Below are positions 1-9,800 of a DNA stretch of 24,902 nt, piece after piece. The position numbers and the translations under genes are program-made. Numbering within the stretch: the first letter of the stretch is position 1; each line of letters begins with the position of its first letter. The stretch lies in NCBI GenBank assembly GCA_051382335.1, contig JBBCAX010000126.1, positions 1 through 24,902 on the forward strand. The letters run 5' to 3'. Origin of the DNA: Deltaproteobacteria bacterium TL4 (GTDB taxonomy: Bacteria; SAR324; NAC60-12). The notes beneath the pieces are model-generated. The model ran no database searches, was not told the origin of the DNA, and saw only the letters and a list, made by a program, of their open reading frames with translations.

Positions 1-102
1 TGGGGAAATAAATATTTTAGATCTGAGGATCACCCAGAACTTAAGTTATTTTCTCAAGACGATTTGCATGTCTTGATTAATCAGCTACTCAATGTGGCTT
101 AA
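1..102 (+). CDS. 3' end of an unidentified CDS entering from the left edge (WGNKYFRSEDHPELKLFSQDDLHVLINQLLNVA*)
   Basis: Frame 1 is open from base 1 to TAA at 100-102; too short to assign a product. Confidence 0.35.
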   Translation, partial: WGNKYFRSEDHPELKLFSQDDLHVLINQLLNVA

Positions 103-188
103 TTCTTTAAAAATGTTCAAAGTCCAGTTAAGTGGATAGCCTGAATTAGTAAATTTTACTCAAGCAATAGAGAAATAACTTGTCCATT

Positions 189-282
189 TTAACGAAAAGA
201 CGCAGAGGACGCGAAAGTTTCGCAGAGAAAATTATTATTTATTCCTCTGCGTTTCTCTGCGTTCTTTGCGACTCTGCGTTAA
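189..282. repeat. Imperfect palindromic intergenic repeat built from CGCAGAG/CTCTGCG units
   Basis: Starts TTAACG and ends CGTTAA. The left arm has gacgcagaggacgcgaaag...cgcagag and the right arm ctctgcgtttctctgcgttctttgcgactctgcg, separated by an AT-rich loop. Confidence 0.6.
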
Positions 283-383
283 GAGACTTTCAGAGATTTC
301 CGTGGTGAATTTCGGCAACGGTGAATAAACTCCTTGAGTCGCAGCAACTGATTAGAAACGAACAGCGGTGGGTGAAGACGCAG

Positions 384-806
384 ATGATTGAAATAACAAA
401 AAAAATATCAATTGATGAAAAAGAGCTTCATGAAGAGTTTATACGGGCATCGGGTCCTGGTGGTCAGAATGTGAACAAAGTCTCAACGGCTGTCAGGCTC
501 CGTTTTGATGTTTGTCGTTCAGCCTCTCTCTCCGATGAAGTTCGTGAACGTCTGACCAAGTTGTCAGGAAAAAAATTAACAGAGGAGGGGATATTGATCA
601 TTGAAGCTCAACGGTTCAGAACGCAAGAGAGGAATAGAAGGGATGCCTTGGAGCGGTTGATCAAACTCATCCTCAAGGCCATTGAAAAACCTAAAGCTCG
701 TAAAAAAACAAAACCTACGAAACAATCCAAAGAAAGCCGACTGAAAGAGAAAAAGCACCATGGTGAGGCAAAACAGAGGAGAAAAACCGTTTCAAATAAT
801 GAATAA
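384..806 (+). CDS. arfB: Alternative ribosome-rescue aminoacyl-tRNA hydrolase ArfB
   Basis: RASGPGGQNVNKVSTAVRLRFD (GGQ motif), RTQERNRRDAL and a basic tail (RKKTKPTKQSKESRLKEKK). ATG at 384 is preferred over the GTG at 321 given in the ORF track. Confidence 0.95.
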   Translation: MIEITKKISIDEKELHEEFIRASGPGGQNVNKVSTAVRLRFDVCRSASLSDEVRERLTKLSGKKLTEEGILIIEAQRFRTQERNRRDALERLIKLILKAIEKPKARKKTKPTKQSKESRLKEKKHHGEAKQRRKTVSNNE

Positions 807-898
807 AAAAGCCTCCCTTTGAGCCTTGATCAATATTATTTTTTAAGGTAAGGGTTAGCCTCATTTACAAAAGAACCGAATATCTTTGCCGGAAAACC

Positions 899-1666
899 AT
901 GAAAAATAAGATCTTGCTTATTGTTCCTTGTTACAACGAAGCACAACGACTTCCGAGGGAGGCGTATTTGTCTTTTTTTCAGACCCATCCTCACTATGAC
1001 TTTTGCTTTGTTGATGATGGGAGTCTGGATCAGACGGGGGTAATTCTGAAACAAATGGCCAACGAGTTTCAACAGGTTGTGATGTTAACACAACCCCGGA
1101 ATCAAGGAAAAGCGGAAGCGATACGACTGGGCGTTCAGTACGCCGCTTCAAAAAAACAGTATCACTGGCTGGGATACTGGGATGCCGATCTGGCAACGCC
1201 TTTGTCAGCACTTGACGATTTCATGCGGGTGTTCATAAAATCACCAGAGCTGTCGTTGGTTATGGGCAGTCGAGTTATGATGTTAGGGCGGTTGATTCAG
1301 CGCTATTGGTACCGGCATTATTTAGGGCGAATTTTTGCGACGTTTGCGAGTCTTTTGTTAAATCTGTCCGTTTATGACACTCAGTGTGGTGCTAAAATAT
1401 TCAAAATGGAGTTAGCGGAAAAAGTGTTCCGCCTTCCCTTTCTCACACGCTGGCTTTTTGATGTGGAAATCCTCGCCCGGATGAATCAGGAACTTGGCGT
1501 GAAACGAACACCCTCTCAGATTTATGAGTTGGTTTTAAACGAATGGCATGATGTGGGGACTTCCAAATTGTCCCTTGGGAACATGCTCCAGGTTCCTTGG
1601 CAGTTCATCAAACTGGCCCATCACTATCAATGCTACAAATTCTATCGTTCTTCTTCCTCATCCTAA
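899..1666 (+). CDS. Glycosyltransferase family 2 (polyprenyl/dolichyl-phosphate hexose synthase-like)
   Basis: IVPCYNEAQRL, FVDDGSLD, RNQGKAEAIRLG, DADLATP (DxD), DTQCGAKIF, WLFDVEILAR. Confidence 0.92.
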   Translation: MKNKILLIVPCYNEAQRLPREAYLSFFQTHPHYDFCFVDDGSLDQTGVILKQMANEFQQVVMLTQPRNQGKAEAIRLGVQYAASKKQYHWLGYWDADLATPLSALDDFMRVFIKSPELSLVMGSRVMMLGRLIQRYWYRHYLGRIFATFASLLLNLSVYDTQCGAKIFKMELAEKVFRLPFLTRWLFDVEILARMNQELGVKRTPSQIYELVLNEWHDVGTSKLSLGNMLQVPWQFIKLAHHYQCYKFYRSSSSS

Positions 1667-1678
1667 ACAAACCCGCTT

Positions 1679-3838
1679 ATGAAAAACACACTGACACAAC
1701 ATGAGGCCTGGTTTTTAATGGGAATGCTGGGCTTGGCTATTTTGTATCGAATGCCGCTCTATGCCTACCTGCCCCTTGCTGCAGATCAAGGCTTATACAC
1801 CGCATTGGGACAATCTATCGCCAGGGGCGATTGGTTCTTAGAAATAGATCACCCCTCTGATAAATTTCCCTTATTCTACTATGCTCAAGCCCTCATGTTT
1901 CATTTTTTTGGCATTTCCGATCAAACAGCGGTTCTGCCTAACTATTTTGCAAACCTGGTTTCGATCATCCTGGTGTTTCTTTTGGGACGTGCCTGGTTTT
2001 CCGCGTCAGCAGGCGCTATCGCCGCTTTTTTAATGGCCATATCTCCCGCAGAAGCTTTATATGCGGGTAACGCTTATGTCGATTCGTTCTTCATGATGTG
2101 GCTTTTGTCCTCACTGCTGGCCTTAGCTCATCAGCGTTGGCGTTTATTAGGACTTTTGATTGCCTGGTCCTTGGCCACAAAGCAAACCATTGTGGTCTTT
2201 GCGCCGTTGTATCTCTTCGGTATTTGGATTGTTGAAAAGAACACCGTGAAGCTGTGGGAAAGACTCAGGAGACTCTATTCAGTGGCCGGGAAAGTGCTGC
2301 TTTGGTTTTTCTTGGGGATGCTGCCTTTTTTGGGATGGAGTTTGTTTTATGCCAGCAAACCCTTACGAGCTTTGAGTTATTTATTGGACTTGATAGGTTT
2401 TGGCGAACAGCAAGAATTCTTGTGGACTTATACACAGCGCTGGGAAATGATTCAACGAGCGTTGACGACCGATGCTTTTGGAAGTCTTCTGTTTGCTTGG
2501 TCACTTTATGGTCTAATCATTGTTCATGTGCTACTGGCTGGCTGGAAGTATTTAAGATCCTTGCGTTCCAAATGGAATAAGGAATCCGCAGACTCAAACA
2601 TTCAGTGGGAACTGGGAATCTTGGGTTTTAGTTTTGCCTTTATTGCCTTGAATCAGTTTGTCGTGTCGCGCTTTTTTGGGACACGGTATTTGATTCCTAT
2701 TCTGCCTTTCCTCTTTCTGCTTGCAGGACATGCGCTCACCGATTTTTATCAGCAGGTTCCCCGTCCCTTTTTAAAGCGGGTTCCTGCGTGGTTTCAAGGA
2801 ACCCTTGCCGGAGCGCTCTCACTTTGGGTTTTATGTTTTTCCTCGGGGATGATTCAGGATTACGCCAAGCAGAGGCACTTTCATCAAGATCGGGAAGTTC
2901 CTTTGGTCGCAAATTTCTTGAAACAGCAGGCAAAACCTCAGGATATTTTTTTCTATGACAGTAACGGCTGGGGTTTTCAGTATTATTATCCTGACGCTGA
3001 AATCCGTCGGAGTTATTTTTTTCATAAATTCCACAAAGTTAAACCTTTTCTGGCCCAATACCCTTACCGCAAAGCCTACATGATCGTTTGGTTCTATAAT
3101 TATTCAAAAATACAGGAAATAGTCCCTCTTTTGGCACCTGACTATACTTTGGATCTCCAGTTTCAAACACCTGAGGGAACTTATAGAATCTACCAGGTCA
3201 GCGCTACGGTTCCCGCACAATTTCAACCTCAGTTGCAAGCACTCAATCAAGTCTCCTGGAGTTGGCAACGCTGGCTGCAAGAGATCCTCATCAAGCAATG
3301 GCCTCATGAAGTGAGTGTTTCTTATGACCATTCCACTCTGCGAATAGCAGGAAAACAGGTTCCTTTTATGGGATTGTCGCACACGACGCTTAGGCTTAAC
3401 GCACAAGCTCCCGTATGGAATGCCTCCGAATCTATCGCGCGACAATGGCCTATTTGGACTCAAGTTCCGGATCTTGAAGTCCAATATGAAATGACAGATA
3501 AGTCGTTAGAGGACGAATTAAGGGAACAGGTTCGGCAAATACAGAAGATTAACGTCCATACAGACCAAGGTCTCACCCAAGTGAAAGCTTCTATACATCA
3601 GCAGAATCAGGTTATTGAAATTCTTCTTGAATTTGGCTTAAAACAACAAGGCGATTATATCACCATGGATGTTCAGAAATTGGAAGTCAGTGGATGGCCT
3701 TTAACCTGGATTGTTCGAAGGATTCAATCCAGGATTTTAAAATTGCGATCAGGGTATAATGAATTATTTAACGCGCCACTAACAAAACTTACCCAAAACC
3801 AGGGCCTTCTTAGTTTGACCTATCATCGAACACCTTGA
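1679..3838 (+). CDS. Multi-pass membrane GT-C glycosyltransferase (PMT/ArnT, GT39/GT83-like) with a long extracytoplasmic C-terminal region
   Basis: N-terminal loop ADQGLY...DKFPLFY, many hydrophobic helices, AAFLMAISP, LATKQT, RYLIPILPFL. Starts 12 nt after the GT2 gene, a typical donor-synthase/transferase pairing. Confidence 0.8.
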   Translation: MKNTLTQHEAWFLMGMLGLAILYRMPLYAYLPLAADQGLYTALGQSIARGDWFLEIDHPSDKFPLFYYAQALMFHFFGISDQTAVLPNYFANLVSIILVFLLGRAWFSASAGAIAAFLMAISPAEALYAGNAYVDSFFMMWLLSSLLALAHQRWRLLGLLIAWSLATKQTIVVFAPLYLFGIWIVEKNTVKLWERLRRLYSVAGKVLLWFFLGMLPFLGWSLFYASKPLRALSYLLDLIGFGEQQEFLWTYTQRWEMIQRALTTDAFGSLLFAWSLYGLIIVHVLLAGWKYLRSLRSKWNKESADSNIQWELGILGFSFAFIALNQFVVSRFFGTRYLIPILPFLFLLAGHALTDFYQQVPRPFLKRVPAWFQGTLAGALSLWVLCFSSGMIQDYAKQRHFHQDREVPLVANFLKQQAKPQDIFFYDSNGWGFQYYYPDAEIRRSYFFHKFHKVKPFLAQYPYRKAYMIVWFYNYSKIQEIVPLLAPDYTLDLQFQTPEGTYRIYQVSATVPAQFQPQLQALNQVSWSWQRWLQEILIKQWPHEVSVSYDHSTLRIAGKQVPFMGLSHTTLRLNAQAPVWNASESIARQWPIWTQVPDLEVQYEMTDKSLEDELREQVRQIQKINVHTDQGLTQVKASIHQQNQVIEILLEFGLKQQGDYITMDVQKLEVSGWPLTWIVRRIQSRILKLRSGYNELFNAPLTKLTQNQGLLSLTYHRTP

Positions 3839-3883
3839 ACGTGTTCCGATAGGCATTTACCGATTGCTGACGGAACAAAATTA

Positions 3884-4043
3884 GGGGTTGGTCACATTTT
3901 CGGCCATGTGTCAAAAATTTGATCTTTGATGTTCCACCTGATTTGTGTTTTATCCCGTAGGGGCAGACCTGTGATCTGCCCGGGATCAGGGCGAACACAC
4001 AGGTTCGCCCCTACAATTTGTGGTCGAAAATATGACCAACCCC
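3884..4043. mobile_element. 160-bp MITE-like element with 23-bp terminal inverted repeats and an 8-bp target-site duplication
   Basis: Left end GGGGTTGGTCACATTTTCGGCCA (3884-3906) matches the reverse complement of 4021-4043, GGGGTTGGTCATATTTTCGACCA, at 21/23. Direct repeat CAAAATTA at 3876-3883 and 4044-4051. Confidence 0.85.
3957..4014. repeat. Inverted pair of GTAG-type REP sequences (REPIN-like doublet)
   Basis: GTAG-GGGCAGA-CCTGTGA-TCTGCCC at 3957-3981. The reverse complement of 3989-4014 is GTAG-GGGCGAAC-CTGTGT-GTTCGCCC. Confidence 0.8.
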
Positions 4044-4048
4044 CAAAA

Positions 4049-4570
4049 TTAAATGATTTTTATAATTTCTTCCAAGGGTTTTCTCTTCTTGTTAGCCAGT
4101 TTTTGGTACCCTTTATTTTGATATCCCAAAGGCGTGATCGCAAAGACTACCTCATTTTCTTTTAGAGCAATGGCGTCGGATAGTATTTTAAAATCATAAG
4201 CTTCAATCCAACAGGTACCAATATTTTCATATTTCGCGGCCAAAATGATATGATCCATGGCTATGGCCAAATCCGTTTCAATTGAATTATAACCATCATA
4301 CGGTCGAATCCAAGACTTTGTTTTATCTCCAATGAGGATCAAGATATGAGGCGCTTGTTGAAACCACGACCTTTTATAACAGGCCCGTACTTTTTCGAGC
4401 TTCTCTTTTGATGAAACAACCAGAAAGGTCCAAGGTTGCTTATTGCACGCTGAGGGCGCCAACCTTCCCGCATTCAAGATTCGATTCAAAACCGTCTCGT
4501 CAATCGTCCTGTCCGGGTCATAATCCCTGACGCTTTCTCTACTTTCTACCAAATCATAAAAATCCATCAT
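4049..4570 (-). CDS. Nitroreductase family protein
   Basis: RESVRDY, LNAGRLAPSACNKQPWTF, DLAIAMDHIILAA, IGTCWI, TPLGY. Confidence 0.93.
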   Translation of the reverse strand: MMDFYDLVESRESVRDYDPDRTIDETVLNRILNAGRLAPSACNKQPWTFLVVSSKEKLEKVRACYKRSWFQQAPHILILIGDKTKSWIRPYDGYNSIETDLAIAMDHIILAAKYENIGTCWIEAYDFKILSDAIALKENEVVFAITPLGYQNKGYQKLANKKRKPLEEIIKII

Positions 4571-4803
4571 TTCCTCAAATTTTTAGTTTTATTTATTTTA
4601 AATTCCTTTCCCACCCGACAAGGAATCATTGGAATTTTAAATTTATCAGTTGAGCGTTCTACCTGAAGATGAGGGGGAAAGGTACTGAAAAATGTATGAA
4701 ATAAAAAAAATGACGAATTTAAAAAAAGTGCGCATATCTTGCATAAGACATCAGTACTCACACTCTGAGATTTCGTTATCTCAGGACGCAAGGAGGCGAG
4801 TGA

Positions 4804-6300
4804 GTGTACCCTTTAACACTAAAGGCACAGGCGACAAGGATGTCGACTTTTGACTATAACTCATTGGAACAATTAAAAAAGAAATCCACGGAGATCAAGC
4901 TACTCAACCGGGACAGCTTACCCTTCATGATTGGATTTTTGCAGAAGGAATTTATCGCCGCCAGTCGGCATTCTATTCCTCAGTCCGAGTTAATTCCAGC
5001 ACTAGGCAATTATTTGTTCGATCTCAATGAGTATTACAGTGAGCAACGCTACACTCAAACCCCTAAAGACTATCTGGAAGACTGGTCTACTCCTGAAGCT
5101 CACATTTTAAGAAAATATTATCCTTCTAACGCGGATGAGGCGTGTTTTGATCTAACTCCTTCGACAGTGAGAGTGATTCAATTCATTGAGTCCCTGGAAA
5201 CCCATGATTTTGTGGGCGCGGAATCTCGTATGAAGAATATGCTTCACATGTTGCGGAGTTTGGCGAGAGACAGTGAGACAAATCCCGAGGTCTTGGTCCA
5301 GGATTACAAACAGCAAATTATGGAATTGGAACGAAAAATTGAGCAAATCGAAGTGGGCGATGTAGAACTGGTCGATTCTTATATGCTCCGTGGACAATTC
5401 TTTGAAATTCAGGATACCGCGAAAAATTTGCTGTACGATTTTCGGCAAGTTGGAGAGAACTTCCGAAAGCTGGATCAAAACATACGGGAACATTTTTCCT
5501 CTGATGAACGGAGTAAGGGGAAGATTCTGGATGATGTTTTTAGGGAACATGACCAAATACGGGAATCTGACCAGGGAAAAAGTTTCCGTGCCTTTTGGGA
5601 GTTCTTGATGTCTCCTCATCATCAAAACGAACTCAAAGCCCTTTTGGGCAAAGTGCTTAGCATTTCTGAGCTTCAGGAGTTAGAAAATGAAGCGTTCCTG
5701 GAAGGCTTTGCCGAAAACCTTTTAGATGCGGGGGAAAGTGTTTATAGCAGTTATAATCTCATTACAGAACAATTACGTCAGTATTTGGAAAGCCAGATCC
5801 ATGTAGAAAATCGAAGGATCATGGAATTGATTCATGATATTGAGAGGCAGGCTTTAGCGGTGAAAGATCTGGATCGGAGGAAACTGCCCGGTCTTAAGTT
5901 TCAAAGTCGCAAACCCAACGTAAGTTTTCCGATGTCAAAGATCCTTTTCACACATCCCAAAAGGCCGTTGATTGACGATAACCCCATTTATGCGGGGGCC
6001 TCCGAACTAAACCTTGCCGCGCTTTATCCGGAAGGCAGCGTTGACGAGAAGCGCTTGTTATCCAACATCAAAGGCGCGTTGACAGACAAAGTTTCAATAT
6101 CGATGCCCGATTTATTTCAATACTATCCGATCGTTGATGGCTTGGCCGAAGTTTTGACCTATTTTCGTTTCGCTGTTTATCGGGAAGTTCCCGCGACGGT
6201 GGTGAAGCATTCTTCTCAAATCATCAGTTGGAAACGTTCGGAAGATCAAGTCTGTGAGATACAATTACCTGAAGTATTTTTTCTAAGAAAAAAGGGGTGA
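4804..6300 (+). CDS. jetA: Wadjet JetA / MksF-like kleisin (DUF3375-like)
   Basis: YLEDW...LRKYYP...FDLTP, FVGAESR, DFRQVGENFRKLD, SDQGKSFRAFWEFLMSP, ENRRIMELIHDIE; first gene of the jetABC order. Start is GTG 4804 (AGGAGG at 4791-4796) or ATG 4840. Confidence 0.88.
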   Translation: MYPLTLKAQATRMSTFDYNSLEQLKKKSTEIKLLNRDSLPFMIGFLQKEFIAASRHSIPQSELIPALGNYLFDLNEYYSEQRYTQTPKDYLEDWSTPEAHILRKYYPSNADEACFDLTPSTVRVIQFIESLETHDFVGAESRMKNMLHMLRSLARDSETNPEVLVQDYKQQIMELERKIEQIEVGDVELVDSYMLRGQFFEIQDTAKNLLYDFRQVGENFRKLDQNIREHFSSDERSKGKILDDVFREHDQIRESDQGKSFRAFWEFLMSPHHQNELKALLGKVLSISELQELENEAFLEGFAENLLDAGESVYSSYNLITEQLRQYLESQIHVENRRIMELIHDIERQALAVKDLDRRKLPGLKFQSRKPNVSFPMSKILFTHPKRPLIDDNPIYAGASELNLAALYPEGSVDEKRLLSNIKGALTDKVSISMPDLFQYYPIVDGLAEVLTYFRFAVYREVPATVVKHSSQIISWKRSEDQVCEIQLPEVFFLRKKG

Positions 6301-6899
6301 ATATGAACCAGAACTCAAAAGAAGGAACAGTCAAAGTGCTTCTCTTCAGAGGAATTCTTTACAGGGATGAGGCACCGGAGGCATGGAACGATTTACTTCT
6401 ATTTCGTGGTAGAATCCTGGATTGGTTTTATCAGGTAGGATTGGAGGTGTTTGTCGATGAAGCCGAAGGTTATGCCTTTCTGAAGCAAAGAGAACGCTAT
6501 GCGGATGATGAAGTTCCGATGGATCTTCCACCGTTGATCATTCGACGGCCCCTCAGTCATGGCATGAGTCTGCTGTGTGTCTTACTTCATAAAAAGCTTG
6601 TGGAGCATGAAGCGCATCAAAGTGGGAGTTGTGTGATTCACAAAAAAGAGGTGGTTGAAATGATGAAAGTCTTCATGACGGATACCAAAAATGAGGCAAA
6701 AATCGTTGATGACGTGAATAGCAACATCAAAAACGCGGTAACCCTGTTGGGTTTTTTAAGACCACTCAAAGGCGAGTCGGATAAGTACGAAATAAGGAGA
6801 ATTATCAAAGCCTTTGTTAATGCGCAAAACCTGGCCGATTATCGGGAAGCGTTAATGGGAGTTAGTGAGCAAGAAGGAGAAAATCAATATGTCTGCTGA
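6297..6899 (+). CDS. jetB: Wadjet JetB / MksE-like KITE subunit (DUF4194-like)
   Basis: LFRGILYRD, GLEVFVDEAEGYAFLKQ, PPLIIRRPLS, LGFLRPL, YEIRRIIKAFV; GTGA overlap with the jetA stop. Confidence 0.9.
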   Translation: MNMNQNSKEGTVKVLLFRGILYRDEAPEAWNDLLLFRGRILDWFYQVGLEVFVDEAEGYAFLKQRERYADDEVPMDLPPLIIRRPLSHGMSLLCVLLHKKLVEHEAHQSGSCVIHKKEVVEMMKVFMTDTKNEAKIVDDVNSNIKNAVTLLGFLRPLKGESDKYEIRRIIKAFVNAQNLADYREALMGVSEQEGENQYVC

Positions 6900-9800
6900 A
6901 AATCAAACCAAACTTGCCAGTGGGTTTCGGCTCAATTGGATGGAAATTCGCAATTGGGGGACTTTTGACAAATACGTCTGGCGCATGACACCTGAGGGCG
7001 AAACCAGTCTCATGACCGGGGACAATGGTTGTGGCAAATCCACAATCGTCGATGCGATCGTGACGCTGCTGATCCCCCATCCGATGATTACCTTCAATAA
7101 AAGTTCCGGGGCAAAAAAACAAGATCGCACGATTTACTCCTACCTTCGGGGGGCCTATAAGAATGTGCAGGATGAAAATAACAAAGCGAAAGCCATTTTT
7201 TTACGAGATGACAACAGTTATTCCGTTTTGCTTGCGTGTTTTCAAAACAAAGTGTTGAACCAGACCATTACATTGGCACAGGTCTTTTGGCTGGAAAATC
7301 ACAAGTTGGTCCCTAAAAAATTGTTTATCGTTGCGCATCACCCGTTGACCGTGGAAAACGATTTCACCGGATTTGGTTCTGATATTCGTAATCTCAAGAA
7401 AAAACTTAAAGAGCAAAAGGGGGTCGAAGTCTTTGATAGTTTTGCTCAATATGGAAACTATTTCCGGAAACGTGTTGGTATCGATAATATTCAGGCGCTG
7501 GACCTGTTCCTGCAGATGGTTTCCATGAAAAAAGTAGGAGTTTTAACCAATTTCATCAGGGAACGGATGATTGAACGGGGGCATGTCGAGCCTCGCGTCA
7601 ATCAACTCTGTGAGAACTTTGAAAATTTAAGTCAGTCTCATGATGCCGTATTGCAGGCGGAGGCGCAATTGAAAATCCTGGAACCCCTGGTCGAAGAGGC
7701 CACACATTATCGAAGCCTTGGAGAGAAAAAACAGGAACTGGAACGAACTCAAGCGTCTTTAGACCAATACTTCGCCCGTTATGAAATACAAACGCTCAAT
7801 CAACAAATAGTGACTTTGAATTTTGAGATTGAGAATATGGAAAACAGTTTAAAAACACACTCCCAAGAAGAGCGGCGTTTGGAACATGACCGTTTGGATC
7901 TCAAGAAGAATATGGAGGACAGCGGCGGCGCGCGGATTGTGGTGTTGACACAGCAAATCAGCAATCTTCGGGAGTTGGTTGAAAAACGAAAACAGGAATA
8001 TGCGATCTATCAATCCCATGCCGAGGAAGTGGATCTTCCGCTTCCGGATTCCAATGAAGTGTTCCAGGGGAACCGGAGGGAACTGGTGGATATCCTCAAT
8101 GACTATGAAGTGGAGTTGAAGGGGATAGAAGAACGCCGCCTGGAGTTGGCCTTATCCGCGAAAACACTGATGAATACACACAAAGAACTCCAAACGGAAG
8201 TGGACTCTATCAAGCAGGGAAAAACGCAGATTCCCATGATCTTGCAAAAATTCAGAGAGCAATTGGCTGAGGCGTTACAATGTGCTGAAGATGAAATCCC
8301 CTACGCTGCCGAATTGCTTCAGGTTTGTCCTGAAGCACAGGAATGGGAAGGCGCGATTGAACGCTTGCTGCATGGTTTTGGAACAACGTTGCTGGTGCCG
8401 AATGGACTTTATCATGAGGTGAGAGATTATGTGAACTCCAATCGGATTCAAGTCAACATCAATGGCAGTATTCGGGGACTCCGCATTGTTTATCAATGCG
8501 CCGAAGAAAACATGAGCGATCAAGGTCAGGAACACTCACATCCCAGTGAGTTGATTACCAAAATTGAAATCAAGTCCGATCATCCTTTTAGGGGGTGGCT
8601 GGAAAAACAAATTAGAGAACGCTTTGATTATGTCTGCTGCGCCTCTCCACGAGATTTTGACAGCCATCGAAAAGCGTTGACCCGTGAAGGACAGATCAAA
8701 ACTTACCAACGACATGAAAAAGATGACCGACAAGGGTTATCCGATCGGAGTCAATTCATCCTGGGATGGAGTCCTCAGCACAAAGTGGCCTCAATGGAAG
8801 AAGACTTGAGAAAAGTGGAGAAAGAAGGACAGTTGATTGCGGCCAAAATCGCGGATACCAATACCCTCAAAAATTATTGTGAAAAGCAAAAAGATCACGC
8901 GAAAGCGCTGCAGGCGTTCAAACAATTTGAAAACCTTGATTTCTATAGCCTTGAAGAACAATTACAACAGGCTGTTGCGGAAAAGAAAAACATCGAATCC
9001 AGCTCGGATCTGCTTCGTACCTTTCAAGAACGTTCCAAACAATTGGATGATTCTATTTTTATACAAAGGCAATTGCGAGAGAATTTGATCCGTGAACATG
9101 CGGTAGTTTCTAATCGGCGCAAACATTATCTGGATCGGGTACAGCATCTGGAACAGGCGATTTTGAATGCCCTGGAAGCAGAAAAACGTGAATTTGTGAA
9201 ACTGGATGAAATTCTGAAAGAACAGTTTGGTGAAGCTGGAAATTCTTTGGATAATATTCCCGCGAAGAAGTTATTTCTGCAAGACTGGATTATGGGGCAA
9301 CTCAGTGAAACCAACAGGGAAATTAACCGCTTGGGGCACTCGATGATTAAGCGGATGTCTCAATTTGCGGCGCAATATCCTGCGGAAGTGCAAGATTTCG
9401 AAGCCAGTCTCGAAGCAATGGCGTATTGGGAAAAACTCTATTATCAACTGAAACGTGAAGATCTGCCGCGTCATAAAAATCGGTTTAAAGAATTGCTGAA
9501 TGAAGGCGCGATCAATGGTCTTGCGTTATTCAAACACCAATTGGAACGTGAAGAAGAAGACATCCGAAAGAAGATCGAGAAGATCAATGAGTCCCTCTGT
9601 CAAATTGACTATGATCTCGGAACCTACATCGCGTTGATCATTCATCCGATTCTTGACCCTGAGATTCGTGAGTTTCGCGCTGAGCTTAAAGGGTGCCTGG
9701 ATCAGGAAGAAGGGGATGAAGATTTGTATAATGAGGAAAAGTTTCTCAAAGTCAAAGCGTTGATAGAACGTTTCAAAGGAAGAGAAGGTCAAAGTGAGGA

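Noticed and set aside
128..192. Second MITE with TTAAGTGGA/TCCATTTTAA ends
   Set aside because: Inverted-repeat match is short and gapped; not supportable alone.
3842..3877. Terminator hairpin TGTTCCG...CGGAACA after the GT-C gene
   Set aside because: 7-bp stem with a long, poorly paired interior and no U-tract; too weak to call.
3926..4165. 79-aa ORF across the MITE
   Set aside because: It is a translation of REP/TIR sequence and overlaps the nitroreductase antisense.
4765..4797. c-di-GMP-I riboswitch suggested by a hairpin followed by GGACGCAA
   Set aside because: The upstream GCAAA element, GNRA loop and downstream P3 stem are missing.
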